Shown: one piece after another, positions 1-8,862 of the stretch
Layout: each line of letters opens with the position of its first letter
Numbering within the stretch: the first letter of the stretch is position 1
Source: an uncultured Candidatus Saccharibacteria bacterium
Lineage (GTDB): Bacteria; Patescibacteriota; Minisyncoccia; Phycocordibacterales; UBA9973
Direction of reading: 5' to 3'
Length of the DNA stretch: 33,604 nucleotides
Assembly: GCA_964365245.1 (NCBI GenBank)
Contig: CAYIOX010000002.1
Location: 1-33,604 of the forward strand
Translations under genes and position numbers: made by a program
Notes under the pieces: model-generated
Seen by the model: the letters and a program-made list of their open reading frames with translations, nothing else
What the model was told of the DNA's origin: nothing
The model's database searches: none

Positions 1-3000
1 TGTTGGAGCATTTGTCCCTGGCTTCTGTGGATAAATGACGGTCATGAAGTGGAAGGAGGAAGCGTTGTCCTTGTTGGATGTCCAGACAGAGTAGTATCGT
101 GAATCTGTAATAAAATTTATCAAAAGAACTTTGTATATTTGTTCTTTCTGTGTGTCAGTGTATGTTCCACTCAATGATAAATCTCTATATTTCGTAGGTG
201 AATTTGCATCCATATATTGTGCAAATTCACGAAATTTACCGAGAATAATTCCTCCGCTTGAGATATAACCATTACTTACTAAATCTGCGAGTATGGCATT
301 AGCTTCAGCGGTAGTAATAAAGACAACTTTGCCATTTTCATCTATTTTAGTAACCTTAGAAGAAAAATATATACTCGTCACAGGTCCTTGAGTTCCGTAA
401 ACTCTATTATTAACAGGATTGGTAAAGAAATTATCCTGAGAACGATTTCTATAGTCTACTGTCAGAGAATTATCATCAGTATTTGCAATTTGCGATACCC
501 AGACTTGAACAGGTTTTGGATTAGTAGGTGCATTGTAATACGGATAGCGACCAGGGTTTTTCTCCAATGGAGCAGATGTTCTATTTTTTATATATGAAAA
601 TATTCCTTCATTTGTAGAGTCATTTGGATATTTTGTTAAAGTATTATCCAAGACATGATATATTTGAGTAAATTTAGCTGGTCTATCTGCTTCCATTTCA
701 TCAAATACTACAAAGTATTTATTACGAACCATGAGGAGATGGCGATTTGCTTTTGTTACATCAGCAGTCGCGCTACCTATCGGGAAAAAATTATATGTAT
801 TTGAACTATCACCAGCTACATATATGTATGGGATTGAAGAACCGTTTGGAGAATTTTTGAATGCGAATATACGAGCAAAGAAAGGCTGATTCAGTCCTTT
901 TTCTGGTCCAGCACCATTTACGAGAAGCGAATAGTGATTTTCTGCCAATTTATTGGAACCCCAGTCAATAGGTCCATTTTCTGTAATGGTCTGACCGTAG
1001 GCCCAAAGCTCAAAAGAAGAATCTACCATAGAACCATGTTTACCGTGAGTGCCAAGTGGTCTATCTGCGAATATAAATCCTACACCTTCTTTAAAACATT
1101 TAGGATCATCAGATTGATATGAACAACCCATAGCATAACCACTTAGAAGAAATGCTTTACCTAAATCTCTTTTAGTCACTTTTGACGCAGTTGGCATATC
1201 CTTAAATATAGATTGAACCGCCAGTTTACCAGCAAATGGAGTATCCAAAAAATCAAACGATGGATTATAAACAGTTGCTTTTTGGGCTTGATAATGTCCA
1301 AGGGCAAAATTATCCTGGGTCATATGAGCCAAAGTATAACCAAAATAATGCCATGGCATAAATCCTGCATCCGTATCACCCCAAGGGAATAATTCTGATT
1401 CAGAACCTACAGGGCGTATTCTACTCCACCAATCAGCCAACTCATCATTATAAAAAGGATTGTATTCAAAATGAACTTCTGGAAAGACAGACGCGAATTG
1501 CAATTGATTCTGAAGAGAGAAACTTGTTTCCCATCCTGTATAATGTCCACCATCACTTCCCTCGCGAGTATTCCAGCTTGGTTTACCAATAATAATATTT
1601 GCAACTAATTCAAGAAGTCGTCGTGAATTATCGCCTTCAGAATATGCCGCTAAAGCCCCCATAATAGAACTATGGAATTCCTGACCTTGATGCGCTTCCG
1701 CCTGATAGACGATACATCCAGACCTTACTCTCCTTCCATTAGGATACAGTCCACTAATCGGAGTATCTTTAGGATCTGCATATTCCGAACATCCGCCCTG
1801 TGTTCCATTACTAAACACATTTCCATACATAACCCATTTAGCTTGTGTTTCTATAACCGCAAGAACCTTAGCTCTTTGTTCTGGGGACATTTTGTGATAC
1901 AACCAATCATAAGCAAGAGCAATACTATAAATACTTCTACCCCTTCCGAGCATATCTGCTGTAAAAGCTCCAGTATCTCTATAACCCTCAGCAGCTGCTA
2001 CAAGGAGTTCTACCGTTGAGGGAGGATTAGGAAATGCTTCAGTTGAAACAGGAGTAAGATATTTTTGCTCTCCTGTCATTTGCCAAAAGAATGCAGCTAA
2101 AGAAATACGGAATACATCATCTTTCGGCGCTGTAGCCATAAAATTTTTATTCCATATACTAGGATTCGCCATTGAACTTTCCTCCAAAGTTTTTTTCAAT
2201 GAAACCCAATCGTCAGTAGCTTTTATAACTTCTCTGAATGCCGGTAAGGTTTCATCATTAAAAAATATTCTAGGATGAATGGGTTTTTCTTTTGTCCCTC
2301 CTTTTGAAATTAAATATGTTTCATCAGATAACATAGCTCTATCCCATATCCTTGCATTATTTTTTATAGTAAAAGAATGAATTGAACTCCATCCTACCTG
2401 ATTACGGAAAGTAGATATGAGTAAGGGGTCCGTAGTGCTTACATAGTTTTTATCAGGATCATCTGTTATATCACTTGAACCCATTTCTGTATCCTCCGCA
2501 TAACCTATGCGCCAATATACTGTAGAATTAGGAATAAAATGATCAAGGAAATTATAAGCATTGGAACGAGTAAGCACTTCCACAATAAGATTTGTTTGCG
2601 CATTTAGATCGGCTTCACTATAAGCAGCTTGAAAAAGGAATATATATGGTTTTGTATTAGTTGATGCATTAATCACATTGGGACCATATACCCAACTGAA
2701 TGGCGGTGGATTTGTTGTCACAATCTCTTCATCACCGGGTTGAAAGTTGACCATATAACTATATAGCGCCGAAGTCGGCAATTCTTTAATCGCTTCACTC
2801 CCTATAACCACAGCGTTAGCAGGCGGATTTAGATATTGTATCTGGGCTTTCAGAGTTTCCAGTATTTTAGATGATTGAGTGATGAATGTTTGATCGGATG
2901 ATTGTCCTAGATTAGAAGAAGCATCTTTTGATTTAACTCTGTAGTGATAAGTAGTGTCGGGAGACAGATTATTGATAGTTTGAGAATGTGATTTGGTTAG

Positions 3001-3948
3001 AGTCGCATTTAAAGTAGTGGAGGAACCATAAGAAGTGTTCTTGCCATATTCTATTTGAGTGTCTGACAATTCATCGGTGTTCCAACTAATGGTAGCTTCA
3101 CTCATTTCAACATTGTCTGAGTTTATATTAGAAATAACGGGAGATGTTTTATCAGAGGGGGGTTGAATTGGAATCTGTGTGTCTAAAGAAACTCCATCCA
3201 CTGTTGGTGGTGTGGCAGGTGGAGTAATAGGAAGTGTTGTCGTTCCACCTCCTAGAGCATAGAGCTCTGAGATTTCTGAGGATGACAAAGCGCGGTTGTA
3301 GAGGCGAACATCTTTCATGCTTCCGGTGAAATACGCGCTGTTGCAAGTCGCTCCTAGACTTCCTATACATACAGGTTCTGGACGAACTCTTATATTTCCT
3401 GATAAAGATCCTGGAGTAGAATCTGCTGAAATACCATTTACATAGATGTAATTATTAGCACCATTGTATACTCCGACTATGTGATACCAGGTGGTGGTAT
3501 CACGATAAGCGCTTGATGTTACTGTATTAAAATCACAACTTGAGCTATTGCATACATTGAAACTTAATCTTTCATTAGAACTTCTATAAAGATACCATGA
3601 GGCAGTTTGACCAGTCGTCTTCCCTACCAAATTCTCTATAGAAGTCAAATCACTCTTGCCAAACTTAACCCACAGACTGACAGTCAAAGCTCCTGTGTTA
3701 TCTGAACCGGCAATGTTTCCTACATTAACCGAGCTGTTTATTCCATTAAAATCGGTAACCTCCACGCGTTCAAAGATTAAACCATCACCTAATGTAGAAG
3801 CTACTTGAGCTAATTGATTTGTATTTGTGATTAAGGAGGATATTTTGTTTACATCTTTGTTTATTGATTTTATAGAACCTGTAAATACTAGAATCAACAC
3901 TATTACTAATATAGAAAAAATAGCTAGAATGCTGTTTTTGTTTTGCAT
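1..3948 (-). CDS. Large secreted multidomain protein, C-terminus off the left window edge: N-terminal membrane anchor/signal, LamG (concanavalin-A-like) domain, fibronectin-III domain, then a DUF4962/heparinase II/III-like (alginate-lyase superfamily) region
   Basis: Missing from the ORF track because it is edge-truncated. Hand translation of the minus strand from ATG at 3948 gives MQNKNSILAIFSILVIVLILVFTGSIK... No stop appeared in any block I translated (3948-2881, 2340-2041, 1920-1861, 1080-901), and the track reports no closed ORF in this frame. LamG-like: TVSLWVKF, WYHIVGVYNGANNYIYVNG, GSMKDVRLYNRALSSSEISELY. FN3: ATISWNTDELSDTQIEYGKNTSYG, LSPDTTYHYRVKSKD. Heparinase-like: HPRIFFNDE, ALAYDWLYHKMSPEQRAKV, HGKHGSMVDSSFELWAYGQ, NHYSLLVNG. 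Confidence 0.8.
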   Translation of the reverse strand, partial: MQNKNSILAIFSILVIVLILVFTGSIKSINKDVNKISSLITNTNQLAQVASTLGDGLIFERVEVTDFNGINSSVNVGNIAGSDNTGALTVSLWVKFGKSDLTSIENLVGKTTGQTASWYLYRSSNERLSFNVCNSSSCDFNTVTSSAYRDTTTWYHIVGVYNGANNYIYVNGISADSTPGSLSGNIRVRPEPVCIGSLGATCNSAYFTGSMKDVRLYNRALSSSEISELYALGGGTTTLPITPPATPPTVDGVSLDTQIPIQPPSDKTSPVISNINSDNVEMSEATISWNTDELSDTQIEYGKNTSYGSSTTLNATLTKSHSQTINNLSPDTTYHYRVKSKDASSNLGQSSDQTFITQSSKILETLKAQIQYLNPPANAVVIGSEAIKELPTSALYSYMVNFQPGDEEIVTTNPPPFSWVYGPNVINASTNTKPYIFLFQAAYSEADLNAQTNLIVEVLTRSNAYNFLDHFIPNSTVYWRIGYAEDTEMGSSDITDDPDKNYVSTTDPLLISTFRNQVGWSSIHSFTIKNNARIWDRAMLSDETYLISKGGTKEKPIHPRIFFNDETLPAFREVIKATDDWVSLKKTLEESSMANPSIWNKNFMATAPKDDVFRISLAAFFWQMTGEQKYLTPVSTEAFPNPPSTVELLVAAAEGYRDTGAFTADMLGRGRSIYSIALAYDWLYHKMSPEQRAKVLAVIETQAKWVMYGNVFSNGTQGGCSEYADPKDTPISGLYPNGRRVRSGCIVYQAEAHQGQEFHSSIMGALAAYSEGDNSRRLLELVANIIIGKPSWNTREGSDGGHYTGWETSFSLQNQLQFASVFPEVHFEYNPFYNDELADWWSRIRPVGSESELFPWGDTDAGFMPWHYFGYTLAHMTQDNFALGHYQAQKATVYNPSFDFLDTPFAGKLAVQSIFKDMPTASKVTKRDLGKAFLLSGYAMGCSYQSDDPKCFKEGVGFIFADRPLGTHGKHGSMVDSSFELWAYGQTITENGPIDWGSNKLAENHYSLLVNGAGPEKGLNQPFFARIFAFKNSPNGSSIPYIYVAGDSSNTYNFFPIGSATADVTKANRHLLMVRNKYFVVFDEMEADRPAKFTQIYHVLDNTLTKYPNDSTNEGIFSYIKNRTSAPLEKNPGRYPYYNAPTNPKPVQVWVSQIANTDDNSLTVDYRNRSQDNFFTNPVNNRVYGTQGPVTSIYFSSKVTKIDENGKVVFITTAEANAILADLVSNGYISSGGIILGKFREFAQYMDANSPTKYRDLSLSGTYTDTQKEQIYKVLLINFITDSRYYSVWTSNKDNASSFHFMTVIYPQKPGTNAPT

Positions 3949-3954
3949 AGAGAT

Positions 3955-3960
3955 ATTATA
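3955..3960 (-). promoter_or_regulatory. -10 hexamer TATAAT, 6 nt upstream of the ATG at 3948 (leaderless geometry); a second TATAAT lies at 3967..3972
   Basis: Minus strand reads ...TATAATtagtaaTATAATatctctATG. No GGAGG-type SD lies between the hexamer and the start. Confidence 0.45.
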
Positions 3961-4009
3961 TTACTAATTATATTTTTTGTTAACTAAAGGCTGAAGGCGA
4001 ATAGCACAA

Positions 4010-5725
4010 TCACATCTTCTCCGGAGCTTCGATGCCGAGGAGATGAAGGCCAGTTTTCATTATGAAAGAAAAAGCGTAAGTCAAAGCCACTTTGTATCCT
4101 GAAGTTTTATCTTTTTTGTCAACAATAACAATATTCCCGTAAAAGCTATTAAACGCGCGCGCGATTTCTATCAAATAATTTGCAAGATAGTGCGGTTCGT
4201 ATTCTTTTGCGGAACGCAAAACAACCTCGGGAAACTTATACAGCAATTTTTCCACTTCAAAAATCTCGGCAGAAAAAGCGTGTGGATCAGGCAAAATATT
4301 TTCTTTTTGAGCTTTTTCTAAAATAGAATTTGCTCTCGCAAAAGAATACTGTAAATATGGACCGGAGTCTCCCTCAAAAGAAATAGACTTTTCAAAATCA
4401 TAAACGATGTCCCCGCCAATGGATTGTTTTAATATTGAATACTTTATCGCCGATACACTGACATCAGAAGAAATCTTTTCTCTTTCTTGATTTTCAAATT
4501 CTCGATCAGTCATCTTTTCTAAAATAGCGTCGCGAGCATCATTCAGTAACGACTCTCCAGTGATGGCGTTGCCCTTTCGTGAACCCATTTTACCGGAGGC
4601 GAGACGCATCATGCCATGAGTGATATGTTTCATTTTTGATTCATATTCAGGATGAATGATAGAAATAGCTTTTGCCACCACCCTCATGTAATCCACTTGC
4701 TCATTCGCAGTGACGACAATAGACATATCCATATCTGGTTTTGTTCTAAATTTCTCTTCAGTTAATCCAAGTTCTTTCGTCTCGTAAGTCGGAAGATTTT
4801 TTGAAGTTATGAAGACTCTCGTGTGAAGCTTGGGGTCATACTTATCAGCTTCAAAAACAATAGCCTCCTCTGATTCTTTGAACACTTTGCCTTTATGAGC
4901 ATTCACAATTTCCCTTCCAAGATCTGCCATGACACTTTCTAAAAAGTAAAAATCAAACTTCGTTCCAAGCATTTTATATAAATCTTCAAAAGCTTCCATC
5001 GTCACTTCAAAACCCCAATCATATATCTCATTTATCTTTTTATCAGTCTTGTTATAAACCTTCATATTTATTTCGTCTATTTCTATTTTTGCTTCTGGAT
5101 TATCTTCATAAGCCCCTGCGCCATATACATAAGCCTTGCCGATATTTGCAGATTGCAAATTATGAGAACCAGATCTACTTTGTAAATTTTCATTTTGAAG
5201 TAAACCATAGATGGCTTTGGCAACATGGAGACCGACATCGCCTTGATAATTCGCTCGGTAAACTTCAGCCCCAGAATGTTCTAAAATTCTTGCGATCGAT
5301 TCACCTATCGCGTTTGTCATCAAATGCCCAATATGGAAAGGCTTGAAAGGATTCGGGTCGGTGTATTCAATCATTATTTTTTTACCAGAAAAATTCTCGT
5401 TTTTCCCCACATTTTCACCGTCATTTAAAATTTCTTCAATATTTTTGGAAAAAAACTTTCGTGAAAAATGAAAATTTATGAAACCATTACCTGCGACTTC
5501 CACTTTTTCAATATTTTTATCAAGATTTAATCTCAAAATCTCAGCAACTATTTTTTCTGCCAGCGCCTTTGGATTGGTTTTGATACTTTTTGCAAGAGCC
5601 ATAGCCACATTCGTAGAATAATCTCCACGGCTCAAATCTGCCGGATGTTCAAGAACTATGTCGCTGATTTCTATGCTGAGGTTTTTTAAGGCATCTTTTA
5701 TTAAATTTTGTATTTTATTTTGCAT
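4010..5725 (-). CDS. argS: Arginine--tRNA ligase
   Basis: 571-aa ORF. Class I HIGH motif (PFHIGHLMTNAIGE), ArgRS-type degenerate KMSKS region (SGKMGSRKGN), anticodon-binding C-terminus ending ...APEKM. Confidence 0.96.
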   Translation of the reverse strand: MQNKIQNLIKDALKNLSIEISDIVLEHPADLSRGDYSTNVAMALAKSIKTNPKALAEKIVAEILRLNLDKNIEKVEVAGNGFINFHFSRKFFSKNIEEILNDGENVGKNENFSGKKIMIEYTDPNPFKPFHIGHLMTNAIGESIARILEHSGAEVYRANYQGDVGLHVAKAIYGLLQNENLQSRSGSHNLQSANIGKAYVYGAGAYEDNPEAKIEIDEINMKVYNKTDKKINEIYDWGFEVTMEAFEDLYKMLGTKFDFYFLESVMADLGREIVNAHKGKVFKESEEAIVFEADKYDPKLHTRVFITSKNLPTYETKELGLTEEKFRTKPDMDMSIVVTANEQVDYMRVVAKAISIIHPEYESKMKHITHGMMRLASGKMGSRKGNAITGESLLNDARDAILEKMTDREFENQEREKISSDVSVSAIKYSILKQSIGGDIVYDFEKSISFEGDSGPYLQYSFARANSILEKAQKENILPDPHAFSAEIFEVEKLLYKFPEVVLRSAKEYEPHYLANYLIEIARAFNSFYGNIVIVDKKDKTSGYKVALTYAFSFIMKTGLHLLGIEAPEKM

Positions 5726-5727
5726 AC

Positions 5728-6156
5728 TTATTTAGGTCCTGTGGTCCCAAAACCACCACGACTCTTGTCATTCATAATATCAGTTTCTACCCACTGCGCA
5801 ATTTCTATTTTAATAAAAACACCTTGACCGAGTCTTTCTCCCTTTTCTACCCTTACCTCATTTTCAGTTAAATTAAAAACTTGCAATAATATCTCATCTG
5901 ATTCTCCACAATAATCATTGTCTATATAACCAGTAGTAACTAAAAGTCCTTTCTTTTTTAAAGTGCTAGAACGGTCTTTAATTTCTAGCATATATCCTTT
6001 AGGAGTTTCCACAATAATATTTGTGGGCAAACGTTCCAAAGTCTTTGCTGGAATAACAGAATCTACGCGAGAATATAAATCAAAAGCCACAGCTCCGTCA
6101 GTATGATATTCTGGCAATGGTAATGTTTTATCAATTCGCTTAATTTTGATTTTCAT
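5728..6156 (-). CDS. dut: dUTP diphosphatase (trimeric dUTPase)
   Basis: 142 aa. Motif 3 GYIDNDYCGE and C-terminal motif 5 SRGGFGTTG. Its ATG overlaps the tmk stop (ATGA). Confidence 0.94.
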   Translation of the reverse strand: MKIKIKRIDKTLPLPEYHTDGAVAFDLYSRVDSVIPAKTLERLPTNIIVETPKGYMLEIKDRSSTLKKKGLLVTTGYIDNDYCGESDEILLQVFNLTENEVRVEKGERLGQGVFIKIEIAQWVETDIMNDKSRGGFGTTGPK

Positions 6157-6845
6157 TTCAAGATTCTTTTAATTCTTTTATAAATTTCTTGGTGAATATT
6201 TTCACGAGTATCTAATGCTCCACCCTTGGCACATTCTATCTTGACCCAACCTTTTTGAGTATTTGCGAGCCAAAGCGCACTCTTGCGCGAATTTTCCAAA
6301 AAGTGAACATCTTTTTCATGCACATCTTTTTTCTTTCCCAAGTATCCCCTCCTACTATTCTTATTTCTCTCTTTGATTAATTTCAAAACTATTGAAATCG
6401 GAACATCTAAATAAACCACGGCATCTGGTTTCGGGATTTTAAAAACTTCATATTCCATTTCAGCTAGCCAGCCTAAAAAGCTTTCTCTTTTTTTTGTATT
6501 AGTGATTTTTCCACCTTGGTGAATCTGATTCGCGCTCGCATACCTATTTGCAATGACGATATTCCCATCACTCAACCATTTCTTTATCTTATCTCTTGAT
6601 TCAAAACGGTCTGCTGCATAGAGCACCGATGCAATCTTTGGATGCACTTTCACAAAATTGTAATATTGTTCAGAAAGACAGTGGCCAATAAATTTACCAA
6701 AAAAATTTGAGTAGTAATCGGGGAAATCAACGACTTTCACCCTTTTGCCATCTTTTTTAAGATGCTTTATGAGTAGTTCTGTTTGCGTCGCCTTTCCGCT
6801 ACTATCCGTGCCGTCTATTACGATCAATTTACCTTTTATGGACAT
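6153..6845 (-). CDS. tmk: Thymidylate (dTMP) kinase
   Basis: P-loop LIVIDGTDSSGKATQ and AADRFES motif. Start placed at ATG 6845 (MSIKGKL...), one base after the SDR stop at 6847..6849. The longer ORF-track start at 6917 would overlap the SDR by 71 nt. Confidence 0.9.
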   Translation of the reverse strand: MSIKGKLIVIDGTDSSGKATQTELLIKHLKKDGKRVKVVDFPDYYSNFFGKFIGHCLSEQYYNFVKVHPKIASVLYAADRFESRDKIKKWLSDGNIVIANRYASANQIHQGGKITNTKKRESFLGWLAEMEYEVFKIPKPDAVVYLDVPISIVLKLIKERNKNSRRGYLGKKKDVHEKDVHFLENSRKSALWLANTQKGWVKIECAKGGALDTRENIHQEIYKRIKRILK

Positions 6846-6846
6846 A

Positions 6847-7581
6847 TTATTTTCCTGAAATTGAATATCCGCCATCGACAATAAAAGTCTGACCGGTGAT
6901 AAAGCTAGCTCTATCACTGGCTAAAAATAAAATCATTTCAGCTATTTCTTTCGGTTCTCCAATTCTTCCAACCAGGGCTGTCTGAGCTTGTTTTTTAACT
7001 TTTTCAGTCCATGATTTTGCTATATTTGTATTAATAAAGCCTGGTGAAACTGCATTAACTGCAATATTTGGAGCATATTCTTTAGCTAACGATGAAGTTA
7101 GATTAACTATGGCTGCTTTAGAAACAGAGTAAGACATTCGAGCATTACTAGAGGTGCTTTCGTGGCCCCTGATTGAAGCAATATTCACAATCCGGCCATA
7201 ACTATTTTTCTGCATAAAAGGAATAGTTGCCTGAGAAAAATGAACTGTCCCTAAAAGATTAATTTTTATGATTTCTAACCAAACCTCATCAGAGCTTTCC
7301 AAAAAAGATTCATCTAATACAATTCCAGCACAATTTACTAATGCATCAATTTTTTTAACTTTTTCAACGATTCTTTTTACTTCAGAATCAACGGCCGTTT
7401 TATCAGCCACATCACAAACAATATATTCACAACTTAATTCTTTTGCTATTTTTTTTAGGTCTTCACTATCAGTCTTACCATGCAAAATGGGTGTAGCACC
7501 ATATTCTTTAGCCAAACGAGCAGTCGCAGCCCCAATTCCTGAAGATGATCCTGTAATTAAAATAGTTTTTCCTTTTAGCAT
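6847..7581 (-). CDS. Short-chain dehydrogenase/reductase, classical SDR (FabG-like); substrate unknown
   Basis: TGSSSGIGAATA cofactor motif, NCAG, catalytic YSVSKAA (YxxxK), SPGFINT. Confidence 0.88.
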   Translation of the reverse strand: MLKGKTILITGSSSGIGAATARLAKEYGATPILHGKTDSEDLKKIAKELSCEYIVCDVADKTAVDSEVKRIVEKVKKIDALVNCAGIVLDESFLESSDEVWLEIIKINLLGTVHFSQATIPFMQKNSYGRIVNIASIRGHESTSSNARMSYSVSKAAIVNLTSSLAKEYAPNIAVNAVSPGFINTNIAKSWTEKVKKQAQTALVGRIGEPKEIAEMILFLASDRASFITGQTFIVDGGYSISGK

Positions 7582-7600
7582 AAATTTTTATAATTAATTT

Positions 7601-8845
7601 CTAAACGAATCTCCTCGGTATTGGAAACTTCTTTGCCAAAGCCTTGATTTCCTTATGTGCTGATTCTTTTATCTTCTTGTCATCTTTATTTTTTAGAACG
7701 GTTATCATAAGCTCGGCTACTTTCTTGCACTCCTTCTCTTTGAAACCGCGAGTAGTGATAGCTGGAGTTCCAAAACGGATGCCTGAAGGATCAAGTGGCT
7801 TCCTTGTGTCCCCTGCTATCGCATTCATGTTTAAGGTGATACCCACTTCGTCTAGAACTGTCTGCGCTTCTTTACCAGTCACACCCAAAGAACCAAAGAC
7901 GTCAGCCAAAATGAGATGGTTATCCGTTCCGCCACCTATCATTCTAACTTTATTTTTTTTAAAAACTTCTTCCATGGCTTTTGCGTTTTTCAAAATTTGT
8001 TTTGCGTATTGTTTGAATTTTGGCGCCATGGCTTCACCGAAGGCCACAGCCTTCGCTGCAACGATGTGCATATGCGGACCACCTTGAATACCAGGAAAAA
8101 TCGCTTTATCGATTTTTTTTGCAATTTCTTCATTCTCTCGTGTAAGAATTATCCCCCCACGCGGACCACGAAGAGTTTTGTGCGTAGTGGAAGTGATAAT
8201 ATCAAAACCATCATCAAAGGGATTGCGAAGGACACCAGCAACGATGAGCCCAGCAATATGCGCCATGTCGGCCATGGTGATAGCTCCGACTTCACGCGCA
8301 ATTTCTACGAATTTTTTATAATCCAAAGTGCGAGGATAAGCTGAAAATCCAGCAATAATTAATTTTGGTTTATTGATAATAGCCACTCTTCTCATGTCTT
8401 CATAATCAATTTCTCCCGTATTGGGATCTTTCATTTTATAGGTGACAAATTTATAAATCTTTGCCGGTAAAGTCATCGGATGACCATGGGTCAAGTGTCC
8501 ACCATGCGAAAGGTCCATGCCCATAACTGTATCTCCATGGTTAAGAAGCGCCGCATATACTGCTAAATTTGCTGGCGCGCCAGAATGCGGTTGAACATTG
8601 GCAAACTTGCAATTAAATAATTTACAAACACGCTCTATGGCTAGACGCTCCACCTGATCAGTAAAATCTTGTCCGCCATAATATCGACGACCTGGATAGC
8701 CCTCAGAATATTTATTTGTAAAAACAGAGCCGTTAGCTTTCAAAACATCTTCTGAAACATAGTTCTCAGATGGAATAAGTTCAAGCCCTTCTCTCTGTCT
8801 CTTCTCCTCCCCCTTTATTAACTTTTCTATTAGTTTATCTCGCAT
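7601..8845 (-). CDS. glyA: Serine hydroxymethyltransferase
   Basis: 414 aa. LELIPSENYVS and PLP-lysine motif TSTTHKTLRGPRGG. Confidence 0.97.
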   Translation of the reverse strand: MRDKLIEKLIKGEEKRQREGLELIPSENYVSEDVLKANGSVFTNKYSEGYPGRRYYGGQDFTDQVERLAIERVCKLFNCKFANVQPHSGAPANLAVYAALLNHGDTVMGMDLSHGGHLTHGHPMTLPAKIYKFVTYKMKDPNTGEIDYEDMRRVAIINKPKLIIAGFSAYPRTLDYKKFVEIAREVGAITMADMAHIAGLIVAGVLRNPFDDGFDIITSTTHKTLRGPRGGIILTRENEEIAKKIDKAIFPGIQGGPHMHIVAAKAVAFGEAMAPKFKQYAKQILKNAKAMEEVFKKNKVRMIGGGTDNHLILADVFGSLGVTGKEAQTVLDEVGITLNMNAIAGDTRKPLDPSGIRFGTPAITTRGFKEKECKKVAELMITVLKNKDDKKIKESAHKEIKALAKKFPIPRRFV

Positions 8846-8851
8846 GCTTAT

Positions 8852-8860
8852 AATATAACA
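8852..8860 (-). promoter_or_regulatory. Extended -10 TGtTATATT, 6 nt upstream of the glyA ATG
   Basis: Minus strand reads ...TGTTATATTataagcATG. It lies in the 17-nt gap after the MBL gene stop. Confidence 0.35.
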
Positions 8861-8862
8861 AA

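Noticed and set aside
1-3948. Apparent 3.9-kb ORF desert in the supplied track. Considered as non-coding DNA, a degraded pseudogene or an alternative genetic code.
   Set aside because: Hand translation of the minus strand from ATG 3948 stays open in every block checked and gives coherent LamG, FN3 and heparinase-like sequence. The ORF is simply edge-truncated, so the track omits it. The short ORFs listed there (388..597, 934..1122, 1407..1604, 1672..2019, 3152..3370) are off-frame shadows.
6846-6917. N-terminal extensions in the ORF track (tmk to 6917, recJ to 14251, HIT from 14156, the coiled-coil gene to 23961, the PEP-CTERM gene from 27157, the Cys-rich gene to 29466).
   Set aside because: The extensions use non-ATG codons or overlap neighbouring genes. 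Internal ATGs give canonical N-termini (P-loop, signal peptides, HIT start) and match the -10/ATG geometry.
7268-8344. Plus-strand ORFs of 109-147 aa (7268..7597, 7644..8087, 7916..8344) opposite the SDR and glyA.
   Set aside because: They are antisense to strongly supported genes, have low-complexity Ser/Phe-rich translations, and show no motifs.
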